Source: Parcubacteria group bacterium Gr01-1014_8 (GTDB taxonomy: Bacteria; Patescibacteriota; Minisyncoccia; Phycocordibacterales; UBA2100). Taken from it: DNA of 64,000 nt. The notes under the pieces are model-generated. The model was not told the DNA's origin, made no database searches, and worked only from the letters and a program-made list of their open reading frames with translations. Positions 16,983-25,729 of this stretch are shown here, one piece after another (the first letter of the stretch is position 1; each line of letters opens with the position of its first letter). A program made the translations under genes and the position numbers. Location of the stretch: the NCBI GenBank assembly GCA_007376385.1, contig VMGC01000005.1, positions 32,001-96,000 of the forward strand, written 5' to 3'.

Positions 16983-18635
16983 TTAAACACTCGTTTTCAC
17001 CATGTATTTTTCAATATCTGCTACGGTGCCTACGACTTTCTTACCGGGATTGAAAACGTTGTGAGGATCGAAGATGTGTTTCGTCTGCGAAAAGAGCTCG
17101 AGCATCTTTGGAGAGAACATTTCACTCAAAAAGGGCGTACGGATGATGCCGTCGTTATGTTCACCCGTCGTCGAGCCGTGATATTTTTTCACCAGTTCAT
17201 ACACCTTTGGGGCGAGTTCCAGGATCGTTCCGTGTACGTCTGGTTTTGAGAGATCCACGAGCGGGAATATATGAAAATTACCGTTGCCGATGTGTCCCGT
17301 GACGGCGTATATAAATTTCTCTTTATCAAGGAGGGCAAATAGTTGCGGAAGAAATTCAGGGTATGTTTGCGGAGGCACCACGAAATCATCAATAAACGCA
17401 GCAGCCGTAAGTCCGGGGAGTTTTTTTCTCAGGATAGCGAATGCTTCTCGTCTAACGACCCAGTATTTCTCCGCGGCTTTTTTATTTCTGGCGATGCGCG
17501 CTTCAACAGCGAGTCCCTCGAGGGCTCTCTCGGCTGCGAGCGCTCTGTGGAGCGCTTTTACCTGCGTATCTTCAGAAAATTCTGCCATCAATACAAGTTT
17601 TGGTATGCCGCCGCGCAATACGAGACCTACTTCCGGCAGGAAAGAGAAACCGAGGCGTATTGCTCTTGAGAGTCCCATTTGTGCTAAGAGTTGCGGAAGC
17701 AACCTTATCGCAAGTTTGAACGTATGGTCATCATAGGATTCGAATGATTCCGGATCGTTTTCAAGGATACGACGAACAACTTCCGGCAGTATCGCGAGGT
17801 CAGACAAAAATATGACAAGCATAGAACGATGCCGTCTTAACGTCACAAGTCCCAGCTTCATACGCGTCACGAGTCCCAGCGTTCCCTGCGAGCCAGTGAT
17901 GAGTTTCGTGAGGTCGAACACGTCGCTTTCCCGATCGTACACATTCCAAAGCGCATACCCAGCGGAGTTTTTTGATACGCGAGGCGTTGCAGCTCTTATT
18001 TCCTGCCAATTATTTTGGATGAGCTCATGCATGCGGCGGTAGACTTCACCCTCGAAATTCTGCTCCTCTTTTTTTGATTCGAGGTCATTTCGGGAGAGCG
18101 GGCGGATGGTTGCTTTTGAACCGTCGGAGAGAATAACGTCCAGCTCGCGAACATAGCGGTCCGTTTTGCCATAGCGAAGAGTGAGTTCGCCTGCAGAGTT
18201 ATTGGAGACAATGCCGCCGAGCGCGCATAACTCGCGCGAGGCTGGGTACGAGGGGAGCAGCATGCCCGTTTTTTCCAGTGTTTGTTTCTCGAAATCACGG
18301 TAGTACATGCCGGGCTCTGCGACGGCATAGTCCGAACCGACGTCAAACATACGGTTCATGTATTTAGTGAACGAAACGACTATCGAGTCCGTGAGAGGTC
18401 CGCCAGACATGTCGGTTCCCGCACAGCGGCCAGTTACCGAGATATGTTGGCCTTTCTTCTTCTCTTGCGCGACAAATTTCACCACGGCAGCGACATCGTC
18501 GGCGTTTTTGGGGTACACGACGAGCGAAGGCTTCCGTTCAAAAATACTGGTATCGCGGCTGAAATCGTGCAGAGTTTTTATGTCGTCAGCGACGTCTCCT
18601 TTTATGAGAGCGGCGACCTTCTCGCGAAGCATCAT
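16983..18635 (-). CDS. FAD-linked oxidase (GlcD/D-lactate dehydrogenase-like, PCMH-type FAD-binding domain).
   Basis: N-terminal FAD-binding domain motifs (VVYPKNADDVAAVVKF, TGRCAGTDMSGG), 550 aa. Confidence 0.75.
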   Translation of the reverse strand: MMLREKVAALIKGDVADDIKTLHDFSRDTSIFERKPSLVVYPKNADDVAAVVKFVAQEKKKGQHISVTGRCAGTDMSGGPLTDSIVVSFTKYMNRMFDVGSDYAVAEPGMYYRDFEKQTLEKTGMLLPSYPASRELCALGGIVSNNSAGELTLRYGKTDRYVRELDVILSDGSKATIRPLSRNDLESKKEEQNFEGEVYRRMHELIQNNWQEIRAATPRVSKNSAGYALWNVYDRESDVFDLTKLITGSQGTLGLVTRMKLGLVTLRRHRSMLVIFLSDLAILPEVVRRILENDPESFESYDDHTFKLAIRLLPQLLAQMGLSRAIRLGFSFLPEVGLVLRGGIPKLVLMAEFSEDTQVKALHRALAAERALEGLAVEARIARNKKAAEKYWVVRREAFAILRKKLPGLTAAAFIDDFVVPPQTYPEFLPQLFALLDKEKFIYAVTGHIGNGNFHIFPLVDLSKPDVHGTILELAPKVYELVKKYHGSTTGEHNDGIIRTPFLSEMFSPKMLELFSQTKHIFDPHNVFNPGKKVVGTVADIEKYMVKTSV

Positions 18636-18737
18636 CGGAAAATTATAGCCCGACGAAGCGAGTGAAGCGAGAGCTTTGTTCTCGTTTCCGAGTAAGCGCA
18701 GATCAAACGAAAACGGCGACTATCTTATGGAGAGTCT

Positions 18738-20096
18738 CTATTTTTTCTTCTCCAGGGTTTCGAGGAGTTTATCAATCAGTAATTCCGTCTCAGCAGGGTT
18801 TTGTACTTGTCGGGTATCCACGCCAGCTTCCATTACGGTATAATCGTTGCCGCCCGGGTAGATGGCGTCTCCGATAAAAAGCATTTCTTTCGGCTGCACA
18901 CCTAAATTTTTTGCTAGCCAGAGAGCGCCGTAGGCTTTATTGATGCCTTTTGGAGTGATATCGATGGTCGTTGTTCCGCCGATGCCAAGTTCAAATTCCG
19001 GCAATCGTTTGTGAAGTGCCTCTTTCAGTTTTTTGCGTTTCGTCATATCGGGGTCCCATGCTCTTTTTTCTGCTTGGGTCGCTTCGAGTCCGCATGCCGT
19101 GAATACTATCTTCGAATCTCTCTCGAGTATCTCGGGTCGATATTTCGGGTTTTCATCAATTATTTTTACCTCACCGAGCGCTTCCTTGACGGCAGCTACC
19201 ACTTTTGTCCGCTCCTCTCCGGTAAATTTCATATGGTATTGGCTTTTCCACGAGCCATCTTCGAGCATGTGTGCTTCCGCAGAGGCGTTTGAGAATACAT
19301 AGAGCCTTTTCGCATGAGGATGTTTCTCAAGGGCTGGGAGAAACGCTTTTTCAATACGGGTGAACCCCGCCGATGAAAGGATGGCGACGGGAACGTGTTC
19401 AAGAAGGCGAGAAAGTTTGTCCACCATGTCAGGCGTTGGCGGTTGCCAGCTCTCGGCGAGCGTGTCGTCTAGGTCAAAGAGCACTGCCCGCGGAGATTTG
19501 AGATGGCTGTATCGATGTTTCCAAAACTCTCGCGCTAGGGGAAGGGTAGTGACGAAAATAATAGCGAGGACGACAAATTCGATATAATCGGCGGTTTGCG
19601 GTAGTACTTCTCCGAGCGTGTAGCCGAGGTACGATATACCGCTGGCCCAGAGCGCGCCTCCAAGCATGTTGTAGAACATGAATGTGCGATAATCCATGTT
19701 CGCAACGCCTGCGAGAATGGGTGCGAACGTGCGGACAATGGGGACAAAACGTGCGAAAAAAATTGTACGCGTGCCATATTTCGCATAGAAACGTTTGGTG
19801 CGCTCCAGGTATTCTTGCTTAAAAAAACGTGAATTAGGTTTCTCGAAAAAACGAACTCCGACTTTTGCTCCGAACCAGTATCCAACGTTGTCTCCAAGTA
19901 TTGCGGCGATGGCGACCAAGGGCACGATGATACGGATATCAAGAAATCCCTGGGACGCCAAAAAGCCCGCGGTAAAGAGGAGGCTCGCACCGGGAAGAAA
20001 GAAACCTATGATAAGACCGGATTCGGCGAAAATGATGGCGAACAGGCCTGGATAGCCGATGAGCTGTATCAGCTGGCCCAAATCATAAGGGAGCAT
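18738..20096 (-). CDS. DedA-family membrane domain fused to a C-terminal HAD-superfamily hydrolase domain.
   Basis: N-terminal DedA signature (GYWFGAKVG, TIFFARFVP), then FDLDDTL HAD motif I and later GDAIYPGGND motif IV. Confidence 0.7.
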   Translation of the reverse strand: MLPYDLGQLIQLIGYPGLFAIIFAESGLIIGFFLPGASLLFTAGFLASQGFLDIRIIVPLVAIAAILGDNVGYWFGAKVGVRFFEKPNSRFFKQEYLERTKRFYAKYGTRTIFFARFVPIVRTFAPILAGVANMDYRTFMFYNMLGGALWASGISYLGYTLGEVLPQTADYIEFVVLAIIFVTTLPLAREFWKHRYSHLKSPRAVLFDLDDTLAESWQPPTPDMVDKLSRLLEHVPVAILSSAGFTRIEKAFLPALEKHPHAKRLYVFSNASAEAHMLEDGSWKSQYHMKFTGEERTKVVAAVKEALGEVKIIDENPKYRPEILERDSKIVFTACGLEATQAEKRAWDPDMTKRKKLKEALHKRLPEFELGIGGTTTIDITPKGINKAYGALWLAKNLGVQPKEMLFIGDAIYPGGNDYTVMEAGVDTRQVQNPAETELLIDKLLETLEKKK

Positions 20097-20105
20097 GGGC
20101 TGATA

Positions 20106-21380
20106 CTACACGAAAGAGTCAGGAATGGGGAATTTCTTGCACATCTTTCGGATGTCTTCGCGTACCCGTCTGTGGATTTTTTTATCACTTTTGTTTTCAA
20201 GTGTCTCTATCATGAGTTCCGCCACTTTTGCGCACTCTTTTTCTTTGAAGCCGCGCGTCGTGATGGCGGGCGTGCCAAAGCGGATACCTGACGGGTCCAT
20301 GGGGCCGCGCGTGTCGTCTGCGATCGAATTCTTGTTGAGCGTGATGCCGACTTCGTCGAGAAGCGTCTCTGCTTCTTTTCCGGGGATGCCAAGCGAACCG
20401 TAGACGTCGGCGAGAATGAGGTGGCTGTCCGTACCGCCCGTTATCATTCGAATATTACTTATCTTGAACACCTTTTCCATCGCCTTTGCGTTTTTTAAGA
20501 TTTGTTTGGCATACGTGCGGTACGCAGGTTTCAATGCTTCGCCGAAACAAACTGCCTTTGCAGCGATGGTATTCATCAGGGGTCCTCCCTGAAGTCCGGG
20601 AAAGATGGATTTATCTATCTTCTTCGCGATTGTTTCGTCTTCACGTGTGAGGATCATACCGCCGCGAGGCCCCCGCAGCGTCTTGTGCGTCGTTGTGGTC
20701 ATGATGTCGAAGCCATCGTCAAACGGATTTCTCATCGCTTTGCCCGCGATAAGTCCTGCGATGTGTGCGATGTCCATAACAGCGAGAGCGCCGACTTCCC
20801 GTGCGATCTCGACAAATTTTTTGTAGTTGAGTTCGCGCGGATATGCAGAGTAGCCGGCAAGGACTATTTTTGGCTTCTCGCGCTTTGCGACGTGCAGCAT
20901 CTCGTCGTAGTCTATCTCACCCGTATCGACATTTTTCATTTTGTAACGTACGAATTTGTATATCTTTGTGAGATATGTGACGGGGTGTCCATGCGTAAGG
21001 TGACCGCCATGCGAGAGGTCCATGCCGAGGATAGTGTCTCCCGGTTCGAGGAGCGCAAAATACATACCAACGTTTGCCGGTGCCCCGGCATGCGGCTGGA
21101 CGTTGACGAATGTGCAGTTGAAGAGTTTCTTGGCTCGGTCCCGTGCAATGTCCTCGACAATGTCGGTGTATTTCTGACCGCCATAATAGCGCCTGCCGGG
21201 GTAGCCTTCTGAATATTTATTCGTGAGGTTCGAGCTGTTTGCTTCGCGAACTGCCTGAGAGACGTAGTTTTCGGAGGGAATCAATTCGAGGCCTTCTGCT
21301 TGTCGCTCTTCCTCGCCCATAAGCGCTTTGTATACGATCGGGTCTTGTTTTTTGACGTGTGGATATAATTTCTTGTTCAT
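20106..21380 (-). CDS. glyA: Serine hydroxymethyltransferase.
   Basis: LIPSENYVS and TTTTHKTLRGPRGG motifs. Start placed at MNKKLYPH... Confidence 0.9.
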   Translation of the reverse strand: MNKKLYPHVKKQDPIVYKALMGEEERQAEGLELIPSENYVSQAVREANSSNLTNKYSEGYPGRRYYGGQKYTDIVEDIARDRAKKLFNCTFVNVQPHAGAPANVGMYFALLEPGDTILGMDLSHGGHLTHGHPVTYLTKIYKFVRYKMKNVDTGEIDYDEMLHVAKREKPKIVLAGYSAYPRELNYKKFVEIAREVGALAVMDIAHIAGLIAGKAMRNPFDDGFDIMTTTTHKTLRGPRGGMILTREDETIAKKIDKSIFPGLQGGPLMNTIAAKAVCFGEALKPAYRTYAKQILKNAKAMEKVFKISNIRMITGGTDSHLILADVYGSLGIPGKEAETLLDEVGITLNKNSIADDTRGPMDPSGIRFGTPAITTRGFKEKECAKVAELMIETLENKSDKKIHRRVREDIRKMCKKFPIPDSFV

Positions 21381-21421
21381 AAGAAAATGTTGGCGGCTAA
21401 AAGTTATGTAAGGCACCTAAA

Positions 21422-22447
21422 TCATATGCGAATTATATTTTCTTTTTTCTGTTCCTCAAAACCTCCGATCGTCGCGATATCAGCCTTGAGGGATGGATGT
21501 GATCTGTAGTTCTCGAGTGTAATGTCGGCTTGGGTAAATGTATCAATATCCTTCACGCCGGGATTCAGGCGAACCGTTGGGAAAGGGTATGGGTCGCGCT
21601 CCACTTGTTCTTTCATTTGGTCGAAGTGGTTCGAGTAGATATGTACATCGCCGAATGTATGTACAAACTCTCCCGGCGGGATGTTCGTCACTTGAGATAC
21701 TAAGAGAAGCAGCAACGAGTAGCTTGCGATATTGAACGGGACACCAAGAAAAAGATCTGCGGAGCGCTGGTACAAGCCCAAATTGAGCTTGCCGTTTGCG
21801 ACCTGGAACTGGAACATCGTGTGGCAGAACGGCGGAACATGCGATTTTTGTCCTTCCGAGGCCATTTCGTAAATGAAATCGGGATTCCAAGCGCTTACGA
21901 CGTACGATTTGCGGTCCGGCTTTGACTTCAGCCCGGAAATAACCCAACTTAATTGATCTATCTCACGCCCATCTTTTGCAGGCCAGCGGCGCCACATGCG
22001 GCCGTAAATTGTAATAAGGTCTGCCCATTTTACGACGAATGGGTCGCTCGCGGGCGTCTCTGTAAGCTTCGCAATGAATTCCTGCTGGGTCGCGTACTTC
22101 TGTTTCTCCGTATTCCACATCTGATAGTGCTTCCATGCCCACTCATCCCAGATATGAATATTCTGGTCGAGGAGCGGCTTGATGTTCGAGTTTCCTGAAA
22201 GGAACCACAGTAGTTCGACGACGATGCCGCGCCAGAACGTCTTTTTTGTCGTCAGGAGGGGAAAGTCTTTGCTGACATCGAAACGAATTTGCCGTCCAAA
22301 AACGGACCTGATGAACGGCGGCTTTTCACCCTTCTGTGTGTATCCTTCCAGAACGACGTTATTAAAGAAAAGTTCTTTGTCCGCGCCGTTCTTTAGTATA
22401 TCCCGGCAAAGATCTAGGTATTGAAATTCTGGATGGCGCACGCTCAT
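21422..22447 (-). CDS. thyA: Thymidylate synthase (long form with insertion).
   Basis: PPCHTMFQFQV..LYQRSADLFLGVPFNIASY active-site region. Confidence 0.9.
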   Translation of the reverse strand: MSVRHPEFQYLDLCRDILKNGADKELFFNNVVLEGYTQKGEKPPFIRSVFGRQIRFDVSKDFPLLTTKKTFWRGIVVELLWFLSGNSNIKPLLDQNIHIWDEWAWKHYQMWNTEKQKYATQQEFIAKLTETPASDPFVVKWADLITIYGRMWRRWPAKDGREIDQLSWVISGLKSKPDRKSYVVSAWNPDFIYEMASEGQKSHVPPFCHTMFQFQVANGKLNLGLYQRSADLFLGVPFNIASYSLLLLLVSQVTNIPPGEFVHTFGDVHIYSNHFDQMKEQVERDPYPFPTVRLNPGVKDIDTFTQADITLENYRSHPSLKADIATIGGFEEQKKENIIRI

Positions 22448-22459
22448 GTTTGGAGGATA

Positions 22460-23023
22460 TCACAATTTCTTCCGCCTGTTTTTACGTTTAGCGGGGGCAA
22501 AATGCTTCCAGTTGTCCTTGGCGAAACGACCAACCTCCTTATAGCTTTGTTCTGGCGGAGAGGTGAGTTCGGAAAAGGTCAGCTGTGCAATGTCCATGCC
22601 GGGGCGCAAGATGATGGGTACCGTGTTTTGATTAGTGAGCTCAAGGGTGATGTTGAGGAAGTGACCGGGATTTATGATGCCGGCGGTGTTGTGAACCATA
22701 AGACCGATGCGTGCAAGAGATGATTTACCGCTGAGTTGGATGAGGTAATCATTCGAACCAAAGAACTCTTTCGACGCTGCGAGCACCGATATTCCGGGGC
22801 GGAGGATGAATTCATGACCGTCTTTCACTTTAACTTCGCGGGTTTTTCCATACATTCGTTTTTGAGGGTCGATGAAGTCCGTCGCGTAGATGTCACTCAG
22901 CTGGAAAGCATTTCCAAGGCGGATGTCGTAGGTTGCTGGCTGAAGTCTTTTGCGGTCAAATGGCTTGATAGTGATCGTGCCTGCTTTCACGGCTTTCTCG
23001 ATATCGGTGTCGGAGAGATACAT
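22460..23023 (-). CDS. dcd: dCTP deaminase.
   Basis: MYLSDTDIEKAV... GISVLAASKE...; about 188 aa from the internal Met. The track ORF extends upstream but that part is non-homologous. Confidence 0.8.
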   Translation of the reverse strand: MYLSDTDIEKAVKAGTITIKPFDRKRLQPATYDIRLGNAFQLSDIYATDFIDPQKRMYGKTREVKVKDGHEFILRPGISVLAASKEFFGSNDYLIQLSGKSSLARIGLMVHNTAGIINPGHFLNITLELTNQNTVPIILRPGMDIAQLTFSELTSPPEQSYKEVGRFAKDNWKHFAPAKRKNRRKKL

Positions 23024-23034
23024 AGTCGGATGGG

Positions 23035-23709
23035 CTATTCTATAACAAAAATCTTTTCCGTGCCGTAGTATTCCGGCCAATGTTGATTGTAATAGGCGAA
23101 CATGCGGGCGAGGCGGTCTTGTTTTAATTCGTCGACATGTAGTTCCTGCATGAGGTTTCGTATCTCTCCCTCGACCTGTTTTGTCTCTGTGCCGGTGTCG
23201 ACGACACGTTCGAATTCGGCCAGCCATCCATATCCAGCATTTTTGTCGAGCGTAACGTTCGTCCCCTTGCATACATACTCTTCGCGCTCTCGTGACCACT
23301 TAGCTTCGTATTCAAAACCCGACGATATGACAAGTTTATCGAGCTCATTCAGCGTGAGCGGCACCTTCTCCTCAAACTCCTGGCGAGAAATACCGTTTGC
23401 GCTCGTTGTATCGTCCACTGATGCTTTTACAACCAAGAGTACAGTTCCGTCCTTATCGCGGGTACGTACAGAAAATTCCTTTGCGTGCTCAGCTAGGTCG
23501 TTTAGCCGCGTTTGCGCATCTTTTGATAGGAAGGGTGCTGCAGCTTCGCTGAGCTTAGCTAAGGTCCCACTCTTGAAATAGTGGTTGAGTTGTTTATTTC
23601 TTGATCGCAGTTTAACGCTTGAGTCTGCCGCCCTCATCGCTGCGCGCACCTCGTTTGCTCTCTCAGATGACCCGAGAAGCGATTTTATCTCAACTTCGAT
23701 GGAATGCAT
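23035..23709 (-). CDS. CYTH-domain protein (triphosphate tunnel metalloenzyme / CyaB-like).
   Basis: N-terminal IEVEIK motif characteristic of the CYTH tunnel; 224 aa. Confidence 0.55.
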   Translation of the reverse strand: MHSIEVEIKSLLGSSERANEVRAAMRAADSSVKLRSRNKQLNHYFKSGTLAKLSEAAAPFLSKDAQTRLNDLAEHAKEFSVRTRDKDGTVLLVVKASVDDTTSANGISRQEFEEKVPLTLNELDKLVISSGFEYEAKWSREREEYVCKGTNVTLDKNAGYGWLAEFERVVDTGTETKQVEGEIRNLMQELHVDELKQDRLARMFAYYNQHWPEYYGTEKIFVIE

Positions 23710-23721
23710 TGTCAGAGTATA

Positions 23722-24252
23722 TCAATTCGAGACCTTATACCGAAGAAGAAGGGTCCCGCTTTTGTTCAGCTTTTTGAAACCGATGAATCGCAGCTGTATT
23801 TGTTTGAATGTGCCGTCGAGTATTGGAAGTCCTGCGCCAAATGCCTTCGGCTCAACGGTAACGTGGATCTCTGAGACGAGCTTAGCCTTAAGGAACGCCG
23901 CGTTCAGCCGCGGACCTCCTGCAAGCACTGCCTGTCGGTATCCTGCTTTTTCGAGCGCAGCGATCAGGCGGACAGGCGAGAGCGAAGTGAATTCGAGTTG
24001 TCCCTTAACCTCATCTTTTTTAAGTTTCCAGGGTTGACTGGTCATCACGAGCCGGCGAATTTTTGATACAAGTTTCAATTGCCTGCGGTGCGCAAGGTAT
24101 GTATTGCGCCCAATGATAACAACGCCAAGTTTTCGGATGAGACTCCGAAAATATTTCTGGTCCTCTGCGGATGCCCAGACATGGGGCTGTTCTCCGCGCG
24201 GACCCGTGATCCTTCCATCTGCGGACGCGACGACAGCGAGGATAGTTTTCAT
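23722..24252 (-). CDS. RibD C-terminal-domain / DHFR-like reductase.
   Basis: MKTILAVVASADGRIT... AVLAGGPRLNAAFL, typical of the RibD_C/DHFR-like family. Confidence 0.6.
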   Translation of the reverse strand: MKTILAVVASADGRITGPRGEQPHVWASAEDQKYFRSLIRKLGVVIIGRNTYLAHRRQLKLVSKIRRLVMTSQPWKLKKDEVKGQLEFTSLSPVRLIAALEKAGYRQAVLAGGPRLNAAFLKAKLVSEIHVTVEPKAFGAGLPILDGTFKQIQLRFIGFKKLNKSGTLLLRYKVSN

Positions 24253-24258
24253 GGGTTT

Positions 24259-24948
24259 TTAGGCAGGATCACGCTTGAGCCAGTGAACGCCTGCGTACAC
24301 AAGCGGTGTTACAAGTGCGGACATGACGTTTTTCAACATCCAATACGGAAGGATGATGCTCCAAAGAAACGCGGCATTATCACCGAACGATGTACCGAAC
24401 GAATAGAACGCGAGAACAATGAATACGACCGTGTCGACGAATTGCGCCAGAATATTCGAGACATTGTTGCGGAGCCACAATTTTGAAGCTCCGAGCGCTT
24501 GCCGTATACGCGAGAACAGATAGACGTCGAAGAATTGCGAAATGGCGAACGCTGCAAGCGAGGCGAGGGACATGCGGATAGAGAACGTGAAGATGGTGTC
24601 ATACGCGGCTTCTGATGAAGCGAATCGTGTGGAAGGCGGAAGCGCGGTAACTAAGAGCGCATAGAGGAGAAGGAGCACTATGGCAAAAAGACCGGAGCGA
24701 ACGACGCTGCGGGCGCGTGCGGGCCCGAATACTTCCGTGATGATGTCGTTGATGGAAAATATGAGCGGGACCGTGAAAATCGCAACTGATGCGTTAAGTC
24801 GGAACGGCCACTCCAAAAGCGGAAACGTTTTCGCGCCCATTAACTCGGCTGCGGCAACGCAGAAAATGTAGACAGCGATGAGCAGGTCCATCCTTCTCAT
24901 CCCAAAGAACGTCGCTGAGGGACCTTGCACGCTTTGTGCGGGAGGCAT
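24259..24948 (-). CDS. YhhQ/DUF165-family membrane protein (queuosine-precursor transporter family).
   Basis: Polytopic membrane protein with YhhQ-like conserved segments. Start taken at MPPAQ..., 7 nt downstream of a TATACT hexamer. Confidence 0.55.
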   Translation of the reverse strand: MPPAQSVQGPSATFFGMRRMDLLIAVYIFCVAAAELMGAKTFPLLEWPFRLNASVAIFTVPLIFSINDIITEVFGPARARSVVRSGLFAIVLLLLYALLVTALPPSTRFASSEAAYDTIFTFSIRMSLASLAAFAISQFFDVYLFSRIRQALGASKLWLRNNVSNILAQFVDTVVFIVLAFYSFGTSFGDNAAFLWSIILPYWMLKNVMSALVTPLVYAGVHWLKRDPA

Positions 24949-24955
24949 GGCGGGC

Positions 24956-24975
24956 AGTATACCCCATGAGATAGG
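24956..24975 (-). promoter_or_regulatory. Conserved motif, copy 4 (minus orientation); its TATACT is 7 nt before the ATG of the YhhQ-like gene.
   Basis: AGTATACCCCATGAGATAGG on the plus strand. Confidence 0.5.
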
Positions 24976-25042
24976 CACGTTCTACCATCTCGAGTGGCGG
25001 AATGTTGCGACGCCTGTTCAGATCTTCAAATAGAGAACTCAT

Positions 25043-25061
25043 TTATCTCACGGGGTATAAC
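25043..25061 (+). promoter_or_regulatory. Conserved motif, copy 5 (plus orientation); its TATAAC is 6-8 nt before the ATG/GTG in front of DHFR.
   Basis: TTATCTCACGGGGTATAAC. Confidence 0.5.
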
Positions 25062-25102
25062 GTGCAAATGTGCGACTGCAACAAGCGGGTATACTGAGAT
25101 GC

Positions 25103-25699
25103 ATGGAGAAGGCGGAACGTTGTGCAATTCATAATCAGCGTCAGCCTTGTGGAATATGCCGGGTGCTGCGGAATCAAAGGATTGGCCCTGAAAAGGGCAC
25201 AGGAATAGTTTCCGCTATCGCGGCAATCGGAAAGAATAGAGAACTTGGAAAAGGAAATGAATTGTTGTGGCGCATACCTGATGATATGAAGCGGTTCAAG
25301 AAGCTCTCGATGGGGCATCCAATAATTCTCGGGCGAAAAACATTTGGATCCATCGTCAGGGCTATCGGGAAACCACTGCCTGGACGCACAAATATCGTGG
25401 TGACGCGTGATGCGAAGTGGTCGTACGACGAAGTAATTGTTGCAAAATCTCTTGAAGAAGCGCTAGAAAAGGCCAAAGGTGCACCTGGTTCGGAAGAGAT
25501 CATTATCGGCGGGGGCGCGCAGATATACAAACAAGCACTTCCGTACACAACCAGGCTCTATTTGACATTGATAGATGATGAGGGCGAGGCGGATTCTTTT
25601 TTTCCGGAGTATGAGGATGAGTTTACGATCAAGCTCAACGAGGAAAGGCACGAGTGGAACGGCTTGAAATACGTGTGGGTCGACCTCGAGAGAACTTGA
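25103..25699 (+). CDS. folA: Dihydrofolate reductase; start codon uncertain (ATG 25103, GTG 25070 or GTG 25163).
   Basis: IVSAIAAIGKNRELGKGNELLWRIPDDMKRFKKLSMGHPIILGRKTFGSI. The homologous core begins near 25205, so any of the upstream starts gives an N-terminal extension. Confidence 0.75.
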   Translation: MEKAERCAIHNQRQPCGICRVLRNQRIGPEKGTGIVSAIAAIGKNRELGKGNELLWRIPDDMKRFKKLSMGHPIILGRKTFGSIVRAIGKPLPGRTNIVVTRDAKWSYDEVIVAKSLEEALEKAKGAPGSEEIIIGGGAQIYKQALPYTTRLYLTLIDDEGEADSFFPEYEDEFTIKLNEERHEWNGLKYVWVDLERT

Positions 25700-25729
25700 A
25701 AACGAGGGGAAAATGGTGTACTCTCTGGC

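Noticed and set aside
25068-25097. 9-aa ORF MCDCNKRVY starting at the leaderless-position ATG upstream of folA.
   Set aside because: Too short and not supported. More likely the transcript start or 5' leader of folA; the folA start is left ambiguous instead.
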